Source: a virus (lineage: Duplodnaviria; Caudoviricetes). From it: a stretch of 29,547 bases of DNA. Below are positions 6,415 through 14,564 of the stretch, piece after piece (position 1 is the stretch's first letter; each line of letters begins with the position of its first letter). A program made the position numbers and the translations under genes. Location of the stretch: positions 1 to 29,547 of IMG/VR virus record IMGVR_UViG_3300032277_000056; one strand, 5' to 3'. The notes under the pieces were generated by a model. The model was not told where the DNA came from and ran no database searches. It worked only from the letters and a program-made list of their open reading frames with translations.

Positions 6415-6792
6415 CCCGTAGAAACCCCTGCATACCACAGAACTACGGATAGGGCGTAACTGTTTAACTATGTGTTTATCGAGCAACCGTTTCTATTATC
6501 AGGTGGTTCAATCCTGCCCCGCCTTAGTTACAACGCCACTAAGAGGCTACAATAATTGCAGTTCGTAAAGCTCGTTTATTCCCTAGCTCGTTACAGCGTT
6601 GGGAGGTTCGGGGGTAATAACCCACATAGCACAAGTTAATTAGACTGAAACTTAAAACAGTGAAGGGCACATGGTTATTCTTGAATTTTATGCAACGGTG
6701 TGTTACAAAGGGTTTAGAATATTGTATCGGACTGCCCTTACAGACGATACTCTGGGCTAGCAAGCACCTAACTTGACTAGCCCTTTTTTTTT
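6415..6792 (+). ncRNA. Candidate large structured non-coding RNA (~375 nt), class unrecognised
   Basis: TATAAT at 6404-6409, many local and long-range helices with G-U pairs on the + strand, strong terminator, no credible ORF. Confidence 0.7.
6754..6792 (+). terminator. Intrinsic terminator oriented against the surrounding operon
   Basis: GGGCTAGCAAG-cacctaa-CTTGaCTAGCCC followed by T9. Confidence 0.88.
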
Positions 6793-6853
6793 ACCACTAT
6801 TCTTGCAAAGCTTCAAGTCTATCTTTTAAGTAGTCTTAGGTAGAAGTGGAACA

Positions 6854-7177
6854 TTATTTACACTCACACTCACCACGTTTATCTTTATTCAAAGGCAACC
6901 ATAAACTAGCTATCTTAACACTATGGTCGTCACGCTCAAAGTCTTGTGCTTTAAAATCCTCCCTAACCCTTCGTACAACCCTAGGTGAAGGGAATTTGCC
7001 ATTCTTAGTTATACTCATGTGCAACTCCCAACCTCTTTGAGTGTCAACTATATCTGATATTACAGTTATTCCGCTATTGTGTCTAAATGCCATATGTGGC
7101 GTAGATAACGTTGCAACTTGTTTATCCATATAATGCCAACCTCTCCCATTTTTTGGTTTTGCTAATTTATTTATCAT
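6854..7177 (-). CDS. Hypothetical phage protein
   Basis: ATG at 7177 with GGAGGA RBS; WELHMSIT...FPS motif. Confidence 0.7.
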   Translation of the reverse strand: MINKLAKPKNGRGWHYMDKQVATLSTPHMAFRHNSGITVISDIVDTQRGWELHMSITKNGKFPSPRVVRRVREDFKAQDFERDDHSVKIASLWLPLNKDKRGECECK

Positions 7178-7452
7178 AATTCCTCCAATTGTTGTTTTGT
7201 CCATTTAATCATATTATCTTGAGAGGTATATTTAGCCTCCCAAGTTTTAACACCTACCTGGTGTATGCCGTACCGCCCTGTATGATGGTTGAGGCATATA
7301 CTCATTACACGCTCATCACTGGCTTTCTTAGCCATACCCTTGATAGTTTGATTACCTATCTCATGGTGTCCAACAGCTTGGTTGGAGCATTCATGCCTAT
7401 ACTCAGGTATGTTGTGCCAGATGTAGCAGCCTATTTGCTGGTATTTATTCAT
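7174..7452 (-). CDS. Ref/DUF968-like HNH zinc nuclease
   Basis: IGC...GHH...GMAKKASD..VMSICLNHHTG.YGIHQ.G.KTWEAKY.SQ. Confidence 0.75.
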   Translation of the reverse strand: MNKYQQIGCYIWHNIPEYRHECSNQAVGHHEIGNQTIKGMAKKASDERVMSICLNHHTGRYGIHQVGVKTWEAKYTSQDNMIKWTKQQLEEL

Positions 7453-7492
7453 GCCACACCTTTTAGTATGCCTTTCTCTTCTGGTGTTATCA

Positions 7493-7738
7493 TTATTTAC
7501 CCCCTAGAGTTAAACCTTTTTCTCTCATAGCCACCTCTAATTCCACCATATGCTTTAAATGGTTATCAGTCATATCAACCAACGTTTCAAAAATCTCTTG
7601 CATTATATCATCATCCACATCATCAAGGGCGTTATCAATTCCGCCCCTTCCATGTAGTTCATTCATTATATCACCAACAATCCGTTTACATGTAAAGTCG
7701 CTTTTAGTGTGCGTTGATATTAATTCATAAATACTCAT
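7493..7738 (-). CDS. Hypothetical protein
   Basis: 81-aa ORF with AGGAG RBS. Confidence 0.7.
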   Translation of the reverse strand: MSIYELISTHTKSDFTCKRIVGDIMNELHGRGGIDNALDDVDDDIMQEIFETLVDMTDNHLKHMVELEVAMREKGLTLGGK

Positions 7739-8112
7739 CGTTTATTCTCCTATTATATTTATAACTGCGGTTTGTAGTTTGTTACGCATTAACGCATCTT
7801 TCATTATCTCACTAAAAGACTTATCAATAAGACCGTCACATTTAGATAAAAAAAGTCCTGCTAACTTTCTATCTAAATGAAGCTTTAGTGCCTCTGCAAA
7901 CCCCTCTGAGCGAGTGCAGTCTTCTATAGCTTCTTTAATTTTTAACTTTATCATACTAGTATTATCTTCAATTACTGCTGCCACAATATCATCTAGCGGG
8001 CTTTTGTAGCCTTTAAGTTTATCATTACATTTTGATAAAATAGCATCGACTAGTATTTTTTCTAAATCTCCTGACTTTATTATTATATTTTCCATCGTTT
8101 ATTCTCCTATTA
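7736..8112. repeat. 20-bp direct repeats (7736-7755, 8093-8112) flanking one gene
   Basis: catcgtttattctcctatta occurs twice, identical. Confidence 0.9.
7742..8095 (-). CDS. Hypothetical protein
   Basis: 117-aa ORF with AGGAG RBS. Confidence 0.75.
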   Translation of the reverse strand: MENIIIKSGDLEKILVDAILSKCNDKLKGYKSPLDDIVAAVIEDNTSMIKLKIKEAIEDCTRSEGFAEALKLHLDRKLAGLFLSKCDGLIDKSFSEIMKDALMRNKLQTAVINIIGE

Positions 8113-8983
8113 GTTGGTTAAGGTTATCTCTTAGCTCTATAGCTGCTTGTATAGTTAAGCTGAAACGCTGCCCTTCTATTGAAATTGCTATCTTTGTTTC
8201 GTCTTTACCACTAGCAAGGTCAACAGCTTTGTGCGTAGCTTTAACAACTTTTTGCACTGGTTGTTTTACTTCTTCTTTTTCACGCTCGATGCGCTCACGC
8301 TCCTGTTGCTTTCCAAGCTCTATTAATTCCTCTTCACGCCTCTTTTTTTCAGCCTCCTCTTTAGCTTTGCGTAATTCTTCTAATTCTTTTTGGTCTGCAT
8401 CATACTGCTTACGTTTTTCAATAAGCTCTTTAATAGATGTCACTGTGTCTTTAATTAATTTAACAGCAACATCATTAAACTCTTCCCACGTGCCATCATC
8501 TTTTGCGGATATTTCCTCTAATGATGATTCCATATCTTCAATGGGTGCGGTTTGCCAGTTAACTTGGAAAAACTCTCCTGTTTCACGTATCTTACCAATT
8601 GCATAATTATGATTAGCTACACGTGATTTTTCAGCATCTTCCCAGTCTGTTAAAGGCTTTCTTACCTTATCTTGAAGCTCTTGCAGGTCTGCTACTGCCG
8701 CATTTCCTATAGTATTAGTTGCTTTTACTTGTTTATTAAGTTCTGCGTTAGCCTCTTTACGAAGTTTATCAATGGCTGTTTTGCTAGATGCTAACTTTGC
8801 TGCATAAGAGCGTATTGTATCTCTCACTTTTTTCTTATTTATATCACCCTCTAACGTGTCGATAAATGCATTAGCTTTTTCTCCTACACCCGCAACAACA
8901 TTTATCACCTCTAACGTATCTTTATCATCTTTGTTAAAGAAAATTGCAGTTGTTAGAACTTCTTGCTTAATTAAATCAGTCAT
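8099..8983 (-). CDS. Coiled-coil phage early protein (family often loosely annotated as TolA-like)
   Basis: IRSYAAKLASSKTAIDK...VRKPLTDWEDAEKSRV plus E/K/R-rich coil. Confidence 0.75.
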   Translation of the reverse strand: MTDLIKQEVLTTAIFFNKDDKDTLEVINVVAGVGEKANAFIDTLEGDINKKKVRDTIRSYAAKLASSKTAIDKLRKEANAELNKQVKATNTIGNAAVADLQELQDKVRKPLTDWEDAEKSRVANHNYAIGKIRETGEFFQVNWQTAPIEDMESSLEEISAKDDGTWEEFNDVAVKLIKDTVTSIKELIEKRKQYDADQKELEELRKAKEEAEKKRREEELIELGKQQERERIEREKEEVKQPVQKVVKATHKAVDLASGKDETKIAISIEGQRFSLTIQAAIELRDNLNQLIGE

Positions 8984-9043
8984 TTTATTTACTCCAAATT
9001 ATTGTTAAATTAATTATATCGTGTCTGTCTATGTAGTTAGCCA

Positions 9044-9262
9044 TTAGTTACCACTCCCCATTGGTTGCCATATACATCCATCACATGAACATTGTGCAAA
9101 TAGTGCGAATATAAGAACGTAACAAATCACTTGTAAGAAACTAGTTGTTATATCCCATATTGTAAATATTACAGGGCTTTTCTCAAAAGCTGCCTTACGT
9201 GCTTCAATCTTAGCAAGCCCAGATAATTGTTCCTCTTGTGAATCTTCTGTTAAATCCGCCAT
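9044..9262 (-). CDS. Small membrane protein
   Basis: GGGGAG RBS; hydrophobic FLQVICYVLIFALFA segment. Confidence 0.65.
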   Translation of the reverse strand: MADLTEDSQEEQLSGLAKIEARKAAFEKSPVIFTIWDITTSFLQVICYVLIFALFAQCSCDGCIWQPMGSGN

Positions 9263-9263
9263 A

Positions 9264-9875
9264 TTACTCCCCCTTCCATTTTTCAGCTTGTGTTTGCATA
9301 TCTTGCACTAGCTGGTTATATAGTTTCATATTAAGCCCTTTAAGCTCTGCACGTGCTTCTTTACCCGCAGCCCAATCCTCTTTAAATTGCTCACCAGTCT
9401 TTGCATCTAATAGCTTGGCATTTTGCTCTGCATAGATAGTATCAGCCCTCTTTAAATCCTCTTGCGCTTGCTTCTTTGCTCTTGCATCAGATTCTTGCTT
9501 ATGCTCATTACTGTCATGGTCCTTAGTATCATCAATAGCAAATAAACCATTTAAAGCGTACTTACGAGCATAACTAGAAGCTGAACCTGTTATTTGTGCT
9601 TCATCCATCCCTTTCTTAGTTAAAGCCTCCCTAGCGTAACCACAAGCCTGTAGGGCTTCTGTTGCATCAGCTATAATAGCAGTTGCTTTAATATAATAAC
9701 GCTCACCGACTAAAACCATCTCATCAGAAAGTGATATTGTTACACCCTCTGGCAGTATCGGCTTCACCGCTGTTAGTATGTCCTCGCAACTCCTGTAATT
9801 GTAATTCCCGAAGCTGTTTTTTTGCCCCTTTGGTGCTTTCAACTCTTTTTGTATCTCGTGTAATTTTAATCTCAT
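9264..9875 (-). CDS. erf: Erf-family single-strand annealing protein
   Basis: LKAPKGQKNSFGNYNYRSCEDIL...GMDEAQITGSASSYARKYALNGLFAIDD; ATG at 9875 follows GGAG RBS (alternative start 9890). Confidence 0.92.
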   Translation of the reverse strand: MRLKLHEIQKELKAPKGQKNSFGNYNYRSCEDILTAVKPILPEGVTISLSDEMVLVGERYYIKATAIIADATEALQACGYAREALTKKGMDEAQITGSASSYARKYALNGLFAIDDTKDHDSNEHKQESDARAKKQAQEDLKRADTIYAEQNAKLLDAKTGEQFKEDWAAGKEARAELKGLNMKLYNQLVQDMQTQAEKWKGE

Positions 9876-9936
9876 TGTATTCTTCTCCATAAAAATGTTG
9901 TTCTGTTATTTGGTTATAGTTCATTGGTCTTGCTCC

Positions 9937-10212
9937 TTAATAAAAACCACCATACTCATATATAATTTCATCACCCTTTTTAATAACTAAGCGATTCCAA
10001 GACTCAGAAGGTAATCCGACTTTTTGCTTATCATTATTTCCCACTGCATGCCTATATATATCATCGGCATCCCCTCCATAATCAGCATGTATAGTAACTC
10101 CAGCAGGGGCAGAGCCAATATAAGAAAAAACATACTTATAATAACTGGTGAAAGTTAAATCAATCTCACCATACCTTTCTAAAACATCTTCATCTGTTAG
10201 CATTTCACTCAT
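9937..10212 (-). CDS. Hypothetical protein
   Basis: 91-aa ORF with AAGGAG RBS. Confidence 0.7.
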   Translation of the reverse strand: MSEMLTDEDVLERYGEIDLTFTSYYKYVFSYIGSAPAGVTIHADYGGDADDIYRHAVGNNDKQKVGLPSESWNRLVIKKGDEIIYEYGGFY

Positions 10213-10227
10213 AAAAATCTCCTTCCT

Positions 10228-10419
10228 TTACTTCTTGTTATTAAGTTCATTATAAGCACGTATTATCTTATTAAGGTGGTTAACACCTGTATTTCTATTG
10301 GGTGTTAATAACTGTGCTATATTGCCGCTGGTTAACTCCAACTTCTTAGCAATAGCAGTTTGTGTAACATCAGACGCTGCTATCTCGCCCTTTATTTTTC
10401 TTATACTTATCTCTTCCAT
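10228..10419 (-). CDS. Small Cro/XRE-like HTH regulator
   Basis: VTQTAIAKKLELTSGNIAQLL HTH; first gene after a divergent promoter. Confidence 0.75.
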   Translation of the reverse strand: MEEISIRKIKGEIAASDVTQTAIAKKLELTSGNIAQLLTPNRNTGVNHLNKIIRAYNELNNKK

Positions 10420-10449
10420 ACATTAACCTTTTATTAAGTTGTGTCCTTT

Positions 10450-10478
10450 AGTATATAGCGTATCTTTTTAAGTGTCAA
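10450..10478 (-). promoter_or_regulatory. Leftward promoter TTGACA-17-TATACT
   Basis: -35 at 10478-10473, -10 at 10455-10450. Confidence 0.8.
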
Positions 10479-10511
10479 ATACATTTATTTAGTTTTTATT
10501 GAATAAAGCTG

Positions 10512-10540
10512 TTGACATAGGTGTTGCTTTGTTTTACAGT
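10512..10540 (+). promoter_or_regulatory. Rightward promoter TTGACA-17-TACAGT
   Basis: -35 at 10512-10517, -10 at 10535-10540. Confidence 0.7.
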
Positions 10541-10567
10541 GGTATTACCAACAAATAGGAGAAAATT

Positions 10568-10855
10568 ATGTACTACTTAGATTTAACAGGCGATTATTTT
10601 GATGCTGATACTTTAAAGGGGCTTATCAAAGAAGCTTCCGAGTTTTACGCTGACAGGACGTACGAGCCAGATTTTACAATAGTTGATTTGCATGAAGATG
10701 ATAAGTCTATAGCTGATGAGCGTTTTGATGTGTTTTTAAGTGAGTTAGAAGCTGCTATTGAAGATGCTATCAATGAATATGAGCCAGAAGAAGAAGGCTG
10801 TGAATATGAGTCTTTAACTGGTCATGAAATGGGCGTATGCCAAGGGAGGGTGTAA
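10568..10855 (+). CDS. Highly acidic small early protein
   Basis: AGGAG RBS; D/E-rich, 95 aa. Confidence 0.75.
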   Translation: MYYLDLTGDYFDADTLKGLIKEASEFYADRTYEPDFTIVDLHEDDKSIADERFDVFLSELEAAIEDAINEYEPEEEGCEYESLTGHEMGVCQGRV

Positions 10856-11184
10856 TGGAAAGTTATGATGCTATTTACCAAGCGGTAAGAAGTAGAATAT
10901 CTAATGGCGATATTGGTGGGGCTGTTGCGGAGGCTATACGTGATATAAATATAGCCCATTACTTCGAGCAGGCTTCTCAAGAGTGGGTGATTGCAGCGTC
11001 TGAACAACAAAGACCGAGCGTTCTATTTAAGCCTAAAGTTTATATAGATGGCGACCAATGGTGTGCTTTATATGGCGAGAATCTTATAGATGGCGCATGT
11101 GGTTTTGGTGACTCACCTGCAAAGGCGTTATATGAGTTTGATATAGCGTTTAACGCATCTAATCTAAAGAAAGAGGGAGAATAG
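10855..11184 (+). CDS. Hypothetical phage protein
   Basis: TAATG overlap at 10855; DGDQWCALYGENL.DG..GFGDSP motif. Confidence 0.75.
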   Translation: MESYDAIYQAVRSRISNGDIGGAVAEAIRDINIAHYFEQASQEWVIAASEQQRPSVLFKPKVYIDGDQWCALYGENLIDGACGFGDSPAKALYEFDIAFNASNLKKEGE

Positions 11185-11186
11185 TA

Positions 11187-11378
11187 ATGTCAAAACATGA
11201 AGAGCTACACGATGCGTATACAGAATACAATAATAATCAAAGTGAGTTGTTAAGGCAGTTCAACAAAGACTATGACGCATTGAAAGAAGCGCAAGAGGCT
11301 AGGGTAAAGGCTATAAACGCTAAGTACGTAGAAGATTTAGGTAAGATGGTTGATAACGCATATAAGGAGGCGAAGTAA
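11187..11378 (+). CDS. Hypothetical coiled-coil protein
   Basis: GGGAG RBS; operon packing. Confidence 0.7.
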   Translation: MSKHEELHDAYTEYNNNQSELLRQFNKDYDALKEAQEARVKAINAKYVEDLGKMVDNAYKEAK

Positions 11379-11617
11379 TGAATAATTTCATGAAGTTTAA
11401 AACTAAACCAATACAGGTCAATAAAGTAGGTGAGTCACATAGTGCTTGTGCTTCAATTATACCCGCTAAGAACCTCACTACATTAGAAAAGAATATATTA
11501 GAAACTAGGACTAAGATAGCTATAGAGCGTATTGCAAAGGAGGAGGGAAGGAAGATTGTTGAGGCTCAAGTTGTACGCCAGAATCGTATGGCTGGTTATG
11601 GTGAGAGGTTAAACTAA
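11378..11617 (+). CDS. Hypothetical protein
   Basis: AAGGAGG RBS; TAATG overlaps at both ends. Confidence 0.7.
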   Translation: MNNFMKFKTKPIQVNKVGESHSACASIIPAKNLTTLEKNILETRTKIAIERIAKEEGRKIVEAQVVRQNRMAGYGERLN

Positions 11618-11940
11618 TGGATATAAAAAAGTTAATAGAGGTGATGGCAGAAGCTAGACTTAAACAATCTCAAAGAGGCGGTAAAGGCAGGGCTTTAAGT
11701 TGGGAGGAGTTTAAAGAAAAGTTCCCTGATTTATCTAAAACAATATTAGATGAGCAAGGTGCAGCCTTTAAAGCTCTATTTAAGGAACTGCCAGAACTCA
11801 AGCGAAGTTATAGCGTAGTGGACATTCCAGAAGGTGAAGCATATATGCCATCTGTTGAATATCCTTGTAAAGCTAATCACGACCTTAAAGGGGCGTTTAA
11901 CTACTACAACCAACTTAAACAATGGGGTAATGATGAGTAA
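11617..11940 (+). CDS. Hypothetical protein
   Basis: GAGG RBS; operon packing. Confidence 0.7.
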   Translation: MDIKKLIEVMAEARLKQSQRGGKGRALSWEEFKEKFPDLSKTILDEQGAAFKALFKELPELKRSYSVVDIPEGEAYMPSVEYPCKANHDLKGAFNYYNQLKQWGNDE

Positions 11941-12247
11941 ACTAGACAAGATAAAAAAGGCTTTGGAGGATGCGGTCAAAGATAAAAAAGGGATGTATTG
12001 GGAGACGGCGACACAAGCCCTCAAGGACTTAGAGGAGCTTCGGGAGGAGATGGAAGGTTTAGGTTTAAGGAGTCATGCGTCAACAGGTCAGAACTCCTTT
12101 GTAACTAGATTACAAGATTCACTTAAAGAGCCAAGGGGTGGTAAATGCTCCGTTTCGCCTCGTGATTTAAACGACATTTTACATCATTTCATACGTTTAG
12201 ATGATGAAGCTAGGAATAACCACCTAAAGGAGGTAGATAGATGTTAA
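11930..12247 (+). CDS. Hypothetical protein
   Basis: Start at 11930 or 11933 after GGGGT (ORF track start 11834 overlaps the previous gene heavily). Confidence 0.65.
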   Translation: MMSKLDKIKKALEDAVKDKKGMYWETATQALKDLEELREEMEGLGLRSHASTGQNSFVTRLQDSLKEPRGGKCSVSPRDLNDILHHFIRLDDEARNNHLKEVDRC

Positions 12248-12675
12248 AATATATATGGAATTTATTACCATTTGATATGTCTAATTCTATTACGATGGAC
12301 TTAGAAAAATCAGGTATTAACACCCCCAAAGACAAAGAGGACCAAATGACACAGGAACTAATAAAGGAAGCTGAGTCTATAAAGCATACCCACAACACAA
12401 TAAAGGAGCAAAAACCTTTAGGTAACGGTAAAGCACTGTGGACGGTTCATAGTGACTATATTGAAAATCTTGAGAACATCAAAGAAAAGCTCACAGAAGC
12501 CCTGAAAGAGCAACAACAGGTGATGGATAGTGAGAAGTTGGTGGAAAAATTTAGGGATTCAATAAGGGAGCGAAGCGGAGGGCATAACCTAAAAAATTTG
12601 AATGGTGATTATTTATGGCAAACCAAAGAGCCAATTAATCTAACTGAACTAGCTAACATAGTATTGAATAAATAA
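12241..12675 (+). CDS. Hypothetical protein (possible second start at 12346)
   Basis: AAGGAGGT RBS at 12241; AGAGGA RBS before the internal ATG at 12346. Confidence 0.65.
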   Translation: MLKYIWNLLPFDMSNSITMDLEKSGINTPKDKEDQMTQELIKEAESIKHTHNTIKEQKPLGNGKALWTVHSDYIENLENIKEKLTEALKEQQQVMDSEKLVEKFRDSIRERSGGHNLKNLNGDYLWQTKEPINLTELANIVLNK

Positions 12676-12740
12676 AAACAATAAGGGGCGGTATCAAAAC
12701 TTAGCTTTTGTGCAACAAGCCGTCCCACCAAGGAGGAATT

Positions 12741-13283
12741 ATGAGAACTATTAACAGTGAAGAAATACAAAGACGAAGGAAGGAAAAAGGCTGGTCATGT
12801 AGAGATTTGGCTAGGCGTGTTAAGATATTCGATTCTACTTTATATGGGATTGAAAAGGGGCAATACAAAACCTCTAAATTCTTAAGCAGAATAGCTGAAG
12901 CGTTAGACTGTAAACTAAAGGATATAACTTTAGATACAAACCCATTTGGCACTTGTTTAAAAGATGGTTGTAACATTGAGTTAACATCACCTATGCAAAA
13001 ACGTTGTGAAAAACATGCACTTGAATCACAGCGTAAGAATGCTCGTACAAACTCACAAAACAGCCGTAAGAAGACAGTTGTAATGGTGGAAAAGCCTATA
13101 CCAGATTTCAAGAATGAAACGGTTGAATTAAAAGAGGTTGTTGATACTGGCGTTATACCAGTTGAAGCAATTGCCAACCAAGCTAAGGAATATGAAGGTA
13201 AAATGCCTACTTTTAAAGCGAAGGGTGCGCCTAAGTACAAAAGAGAATATAATGGTTTTTATGATTGCAGCGTAGGGGGGTAA
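12741..13283 (+). CDS. XRE-HTH protein with Cys-containing extension
   Basis: IQRRRKEKGWSCRDLARRVKIFDSTLYGIEKG; C....C...C..H cluster; AAGGAGG RBS before ATG 12741. Confidence 0.8.
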   Translation: MRTINSEEIQRRRKEKGWSCRDLARRVKIFDSTLYGIEKGQYKTSKFLSRIAEALDCKLKDITLDTNPFGTCLKDGCNIELTSPMQKRCEKHALESQRKNARTNSQNSRKKTVVMVEKPIPDFKNETVELKEVVDTGVIPVEAIANQAKEYEGKMPTFKAKGAPKYKREYNGFYDCSVGG

Positions 13284-13284
13284 T

Positions 13285-13401
13285 ATGCACTTAATAGGAT
13301 ATACAATAACTTTAACAATCGGAATCTATGCAGGGTGGTATTTAAAAAGCTGCTCTATGGTATGGATTGATAATATAATGGCAAAAAAGAGGGGGTTATG
13401 A
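13285..13401 (+). CDS. 38-aa membrane microprotein, not in the ORF track
   Basis: MHLIGYTITLTIGIYAGWYLKSCSMVWIDNIMAKKRGL; ATGA overlap with the next gene. Confidence 0.55.
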   Translation: MHLIGYTITLTIGIYAGWYLKSCSMVWIDNIMAKKRGL

Positions 13402-13793
13402 CCGAAGCAATTTTACAGAAAAATGTAACAAAGTGTTTAAACCAAACCCTACAAAATAACGTCTTTTGGACTAGCGTAGAAGTGTCAAATGGTCGTGGTG
13501 GTAAGTATGGCGCTATAAATCAAAAAGCATTAGCTCGCAGAGGGGTTAAATCTGGCTTTCCAGATGTATTCTTGCTTTGGTTAGATGATGGGCTTAAAGC
13601 GTTATTTATAGAGCTTAAATGGAAGAATAACGGCTTGCAAGAAACGCAAATAAAGTGCCACGCTGATATTGTTGAAAAATTACATGCTCCTGTTGTTGTA
13701 TGTCGTTCTGTATATGATGTTATTGAGGCTTTAGAAGTTTATAATGTACCAACAAGAATAAAAGAGTTAGAAAGTGAAAAACATACGAGCTAG
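13398..13793 (+). CDS. VRR-NUC domain (PD-(D/E)xK) nuclease
   Basis: MTE..LQ...GVKSGFPD...LFIELK...Q...VVVCRS. Confidence 0.88.
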   Translation: MTEAILQKNVTKCLNQTLQNNVFWTSVEVSNGRGGKYGAINQKALARRGVKSGFPDVFLLWLDDGLKALFIELKWKNNGLQETQIKCHADIVEKLHAPVVVCRSVYDVIEALEVYNVPTRIKELESEKHTS

Positions 13794-14241
13794 AACTAAA
13801 TTACTTCCTCAATTTAAGTTTGTTCCAATTAAGATTTTAGATGAACCTGCTGTTATTACAATTAATGGTAAAATTGTTAGCATGGGTAAGAAAGGTATAA
13901 TAAACGGAAAACATGTGCGTGTATGTTGTGCATCAGAAAAGCAAATGAATTTTTTTATAGATTTTCAAAAGAATTTAGGACACCCTTTGCAGTATTGGGG
14001 AGTTTATAAGGACGGTTTTTATTTTATATACTCAAAACATGGTAAATTCACGCATAAAGGAACAGCTCAACAACGGCACAAAAATAGAAAGATTAGCGAT
14101 TCTTTAAGATTAAAAAAACTATATGATGATACGGAAAATGCAGTCTTTACTGGTACAAGTAGGTCAGGAGATATAAGATTTCACAAGCCACTTGTTAAAC
14201 TAAAGAAAAAAGAAGAAGAGTGGGAAATGTATAAAGAATAA
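13774..14241 (+). CDS. Hypothetical basic protein
   Basis: 155-aa ORF, GTG start. Confidence 0.6.
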   Translation: MKNIRARTKLLPQFKFVPIKILDEPAVITINGKIVSMGKKGIINGKHVRVCCASEKQMNFFIDFQKNLGHPLQYWGVYKDGFYFIYSKHGKFTHKGTAQQRHKNRKISDSLRLKKLYDDTENAVFTGTSRSGDIRFHKPLVKLKKKEEEWEMYKE

Positions 14242-14260
14242 AGGGTGCATAAAGCACCCT
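14228..14260 (-). terminator. Intrinsic terminator for leftward transcription
   Basis: AGGGTGC-N5-GCACCCT; T-rich tail (TTATTCTTT) only on the minus strand. Confidence 0.6.
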
Positions 14261-14289
14261 CTATAACCAATAATCAGGGAGAAACTATT

Positions 14290-14538
14290 ATGACTAATAA
14301 TTTACAAAACAATGATAACACAAGTTTACCTAAATGGCAAATTGAGCTAAAAGAGAAGGGAGTTATGTTTTTTGAGTACGCCCCATCTAATGAAGTACTT
14401 ATGCAGATTGATAATCTACTTGCAGAGAAAAAGATAAAATGCGTAGCCCTGCAAAACCATGATTTCTGTGGAATGAAGATAGAATGGCTAGGTGATTTTA
14501 ACGAATTACCATCAATGCATAATCAAGAAACACCATAA
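14290..14538 (+). CDS. Hypothetical protein
   Basis: ATG at 14290 after GGGAG. Confidence 0.6.
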   Translation: MTNNLQNNDNTSLPKWQIELKEKGVMFFEYAPSNEVLMQIDNLLAEKKIKCVALQNHDFCGMKIEWLGDFNELPSMHNQETP

Positions 14539-14564
14539 AAAATTGCATATACAATGAGGGAATT

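Noticed and set aside
6495-6620. tRNA or tmRNA, suggested by T-loop-like GGTTCAATCC and resume-like ATAATT-GCA
   Set aside because: No cloverleaf or acceptor stem could be built; the putative tag AVRKARLFPSSLQRWEVRG lacks the usual hydrophobic Ala-rich end
6539-6763. 74-aa minus-strand ORF
   Set aside because: Non-ATG start, no RBS, no recognisable motif; overlaps the structured RNA candidate
6415-6792. Group I intron or RNase P RNA
   Set aside because: No convincing P7 core or GAGGAAAGUCC motif, no interrupted gene, and the element has its own terminator
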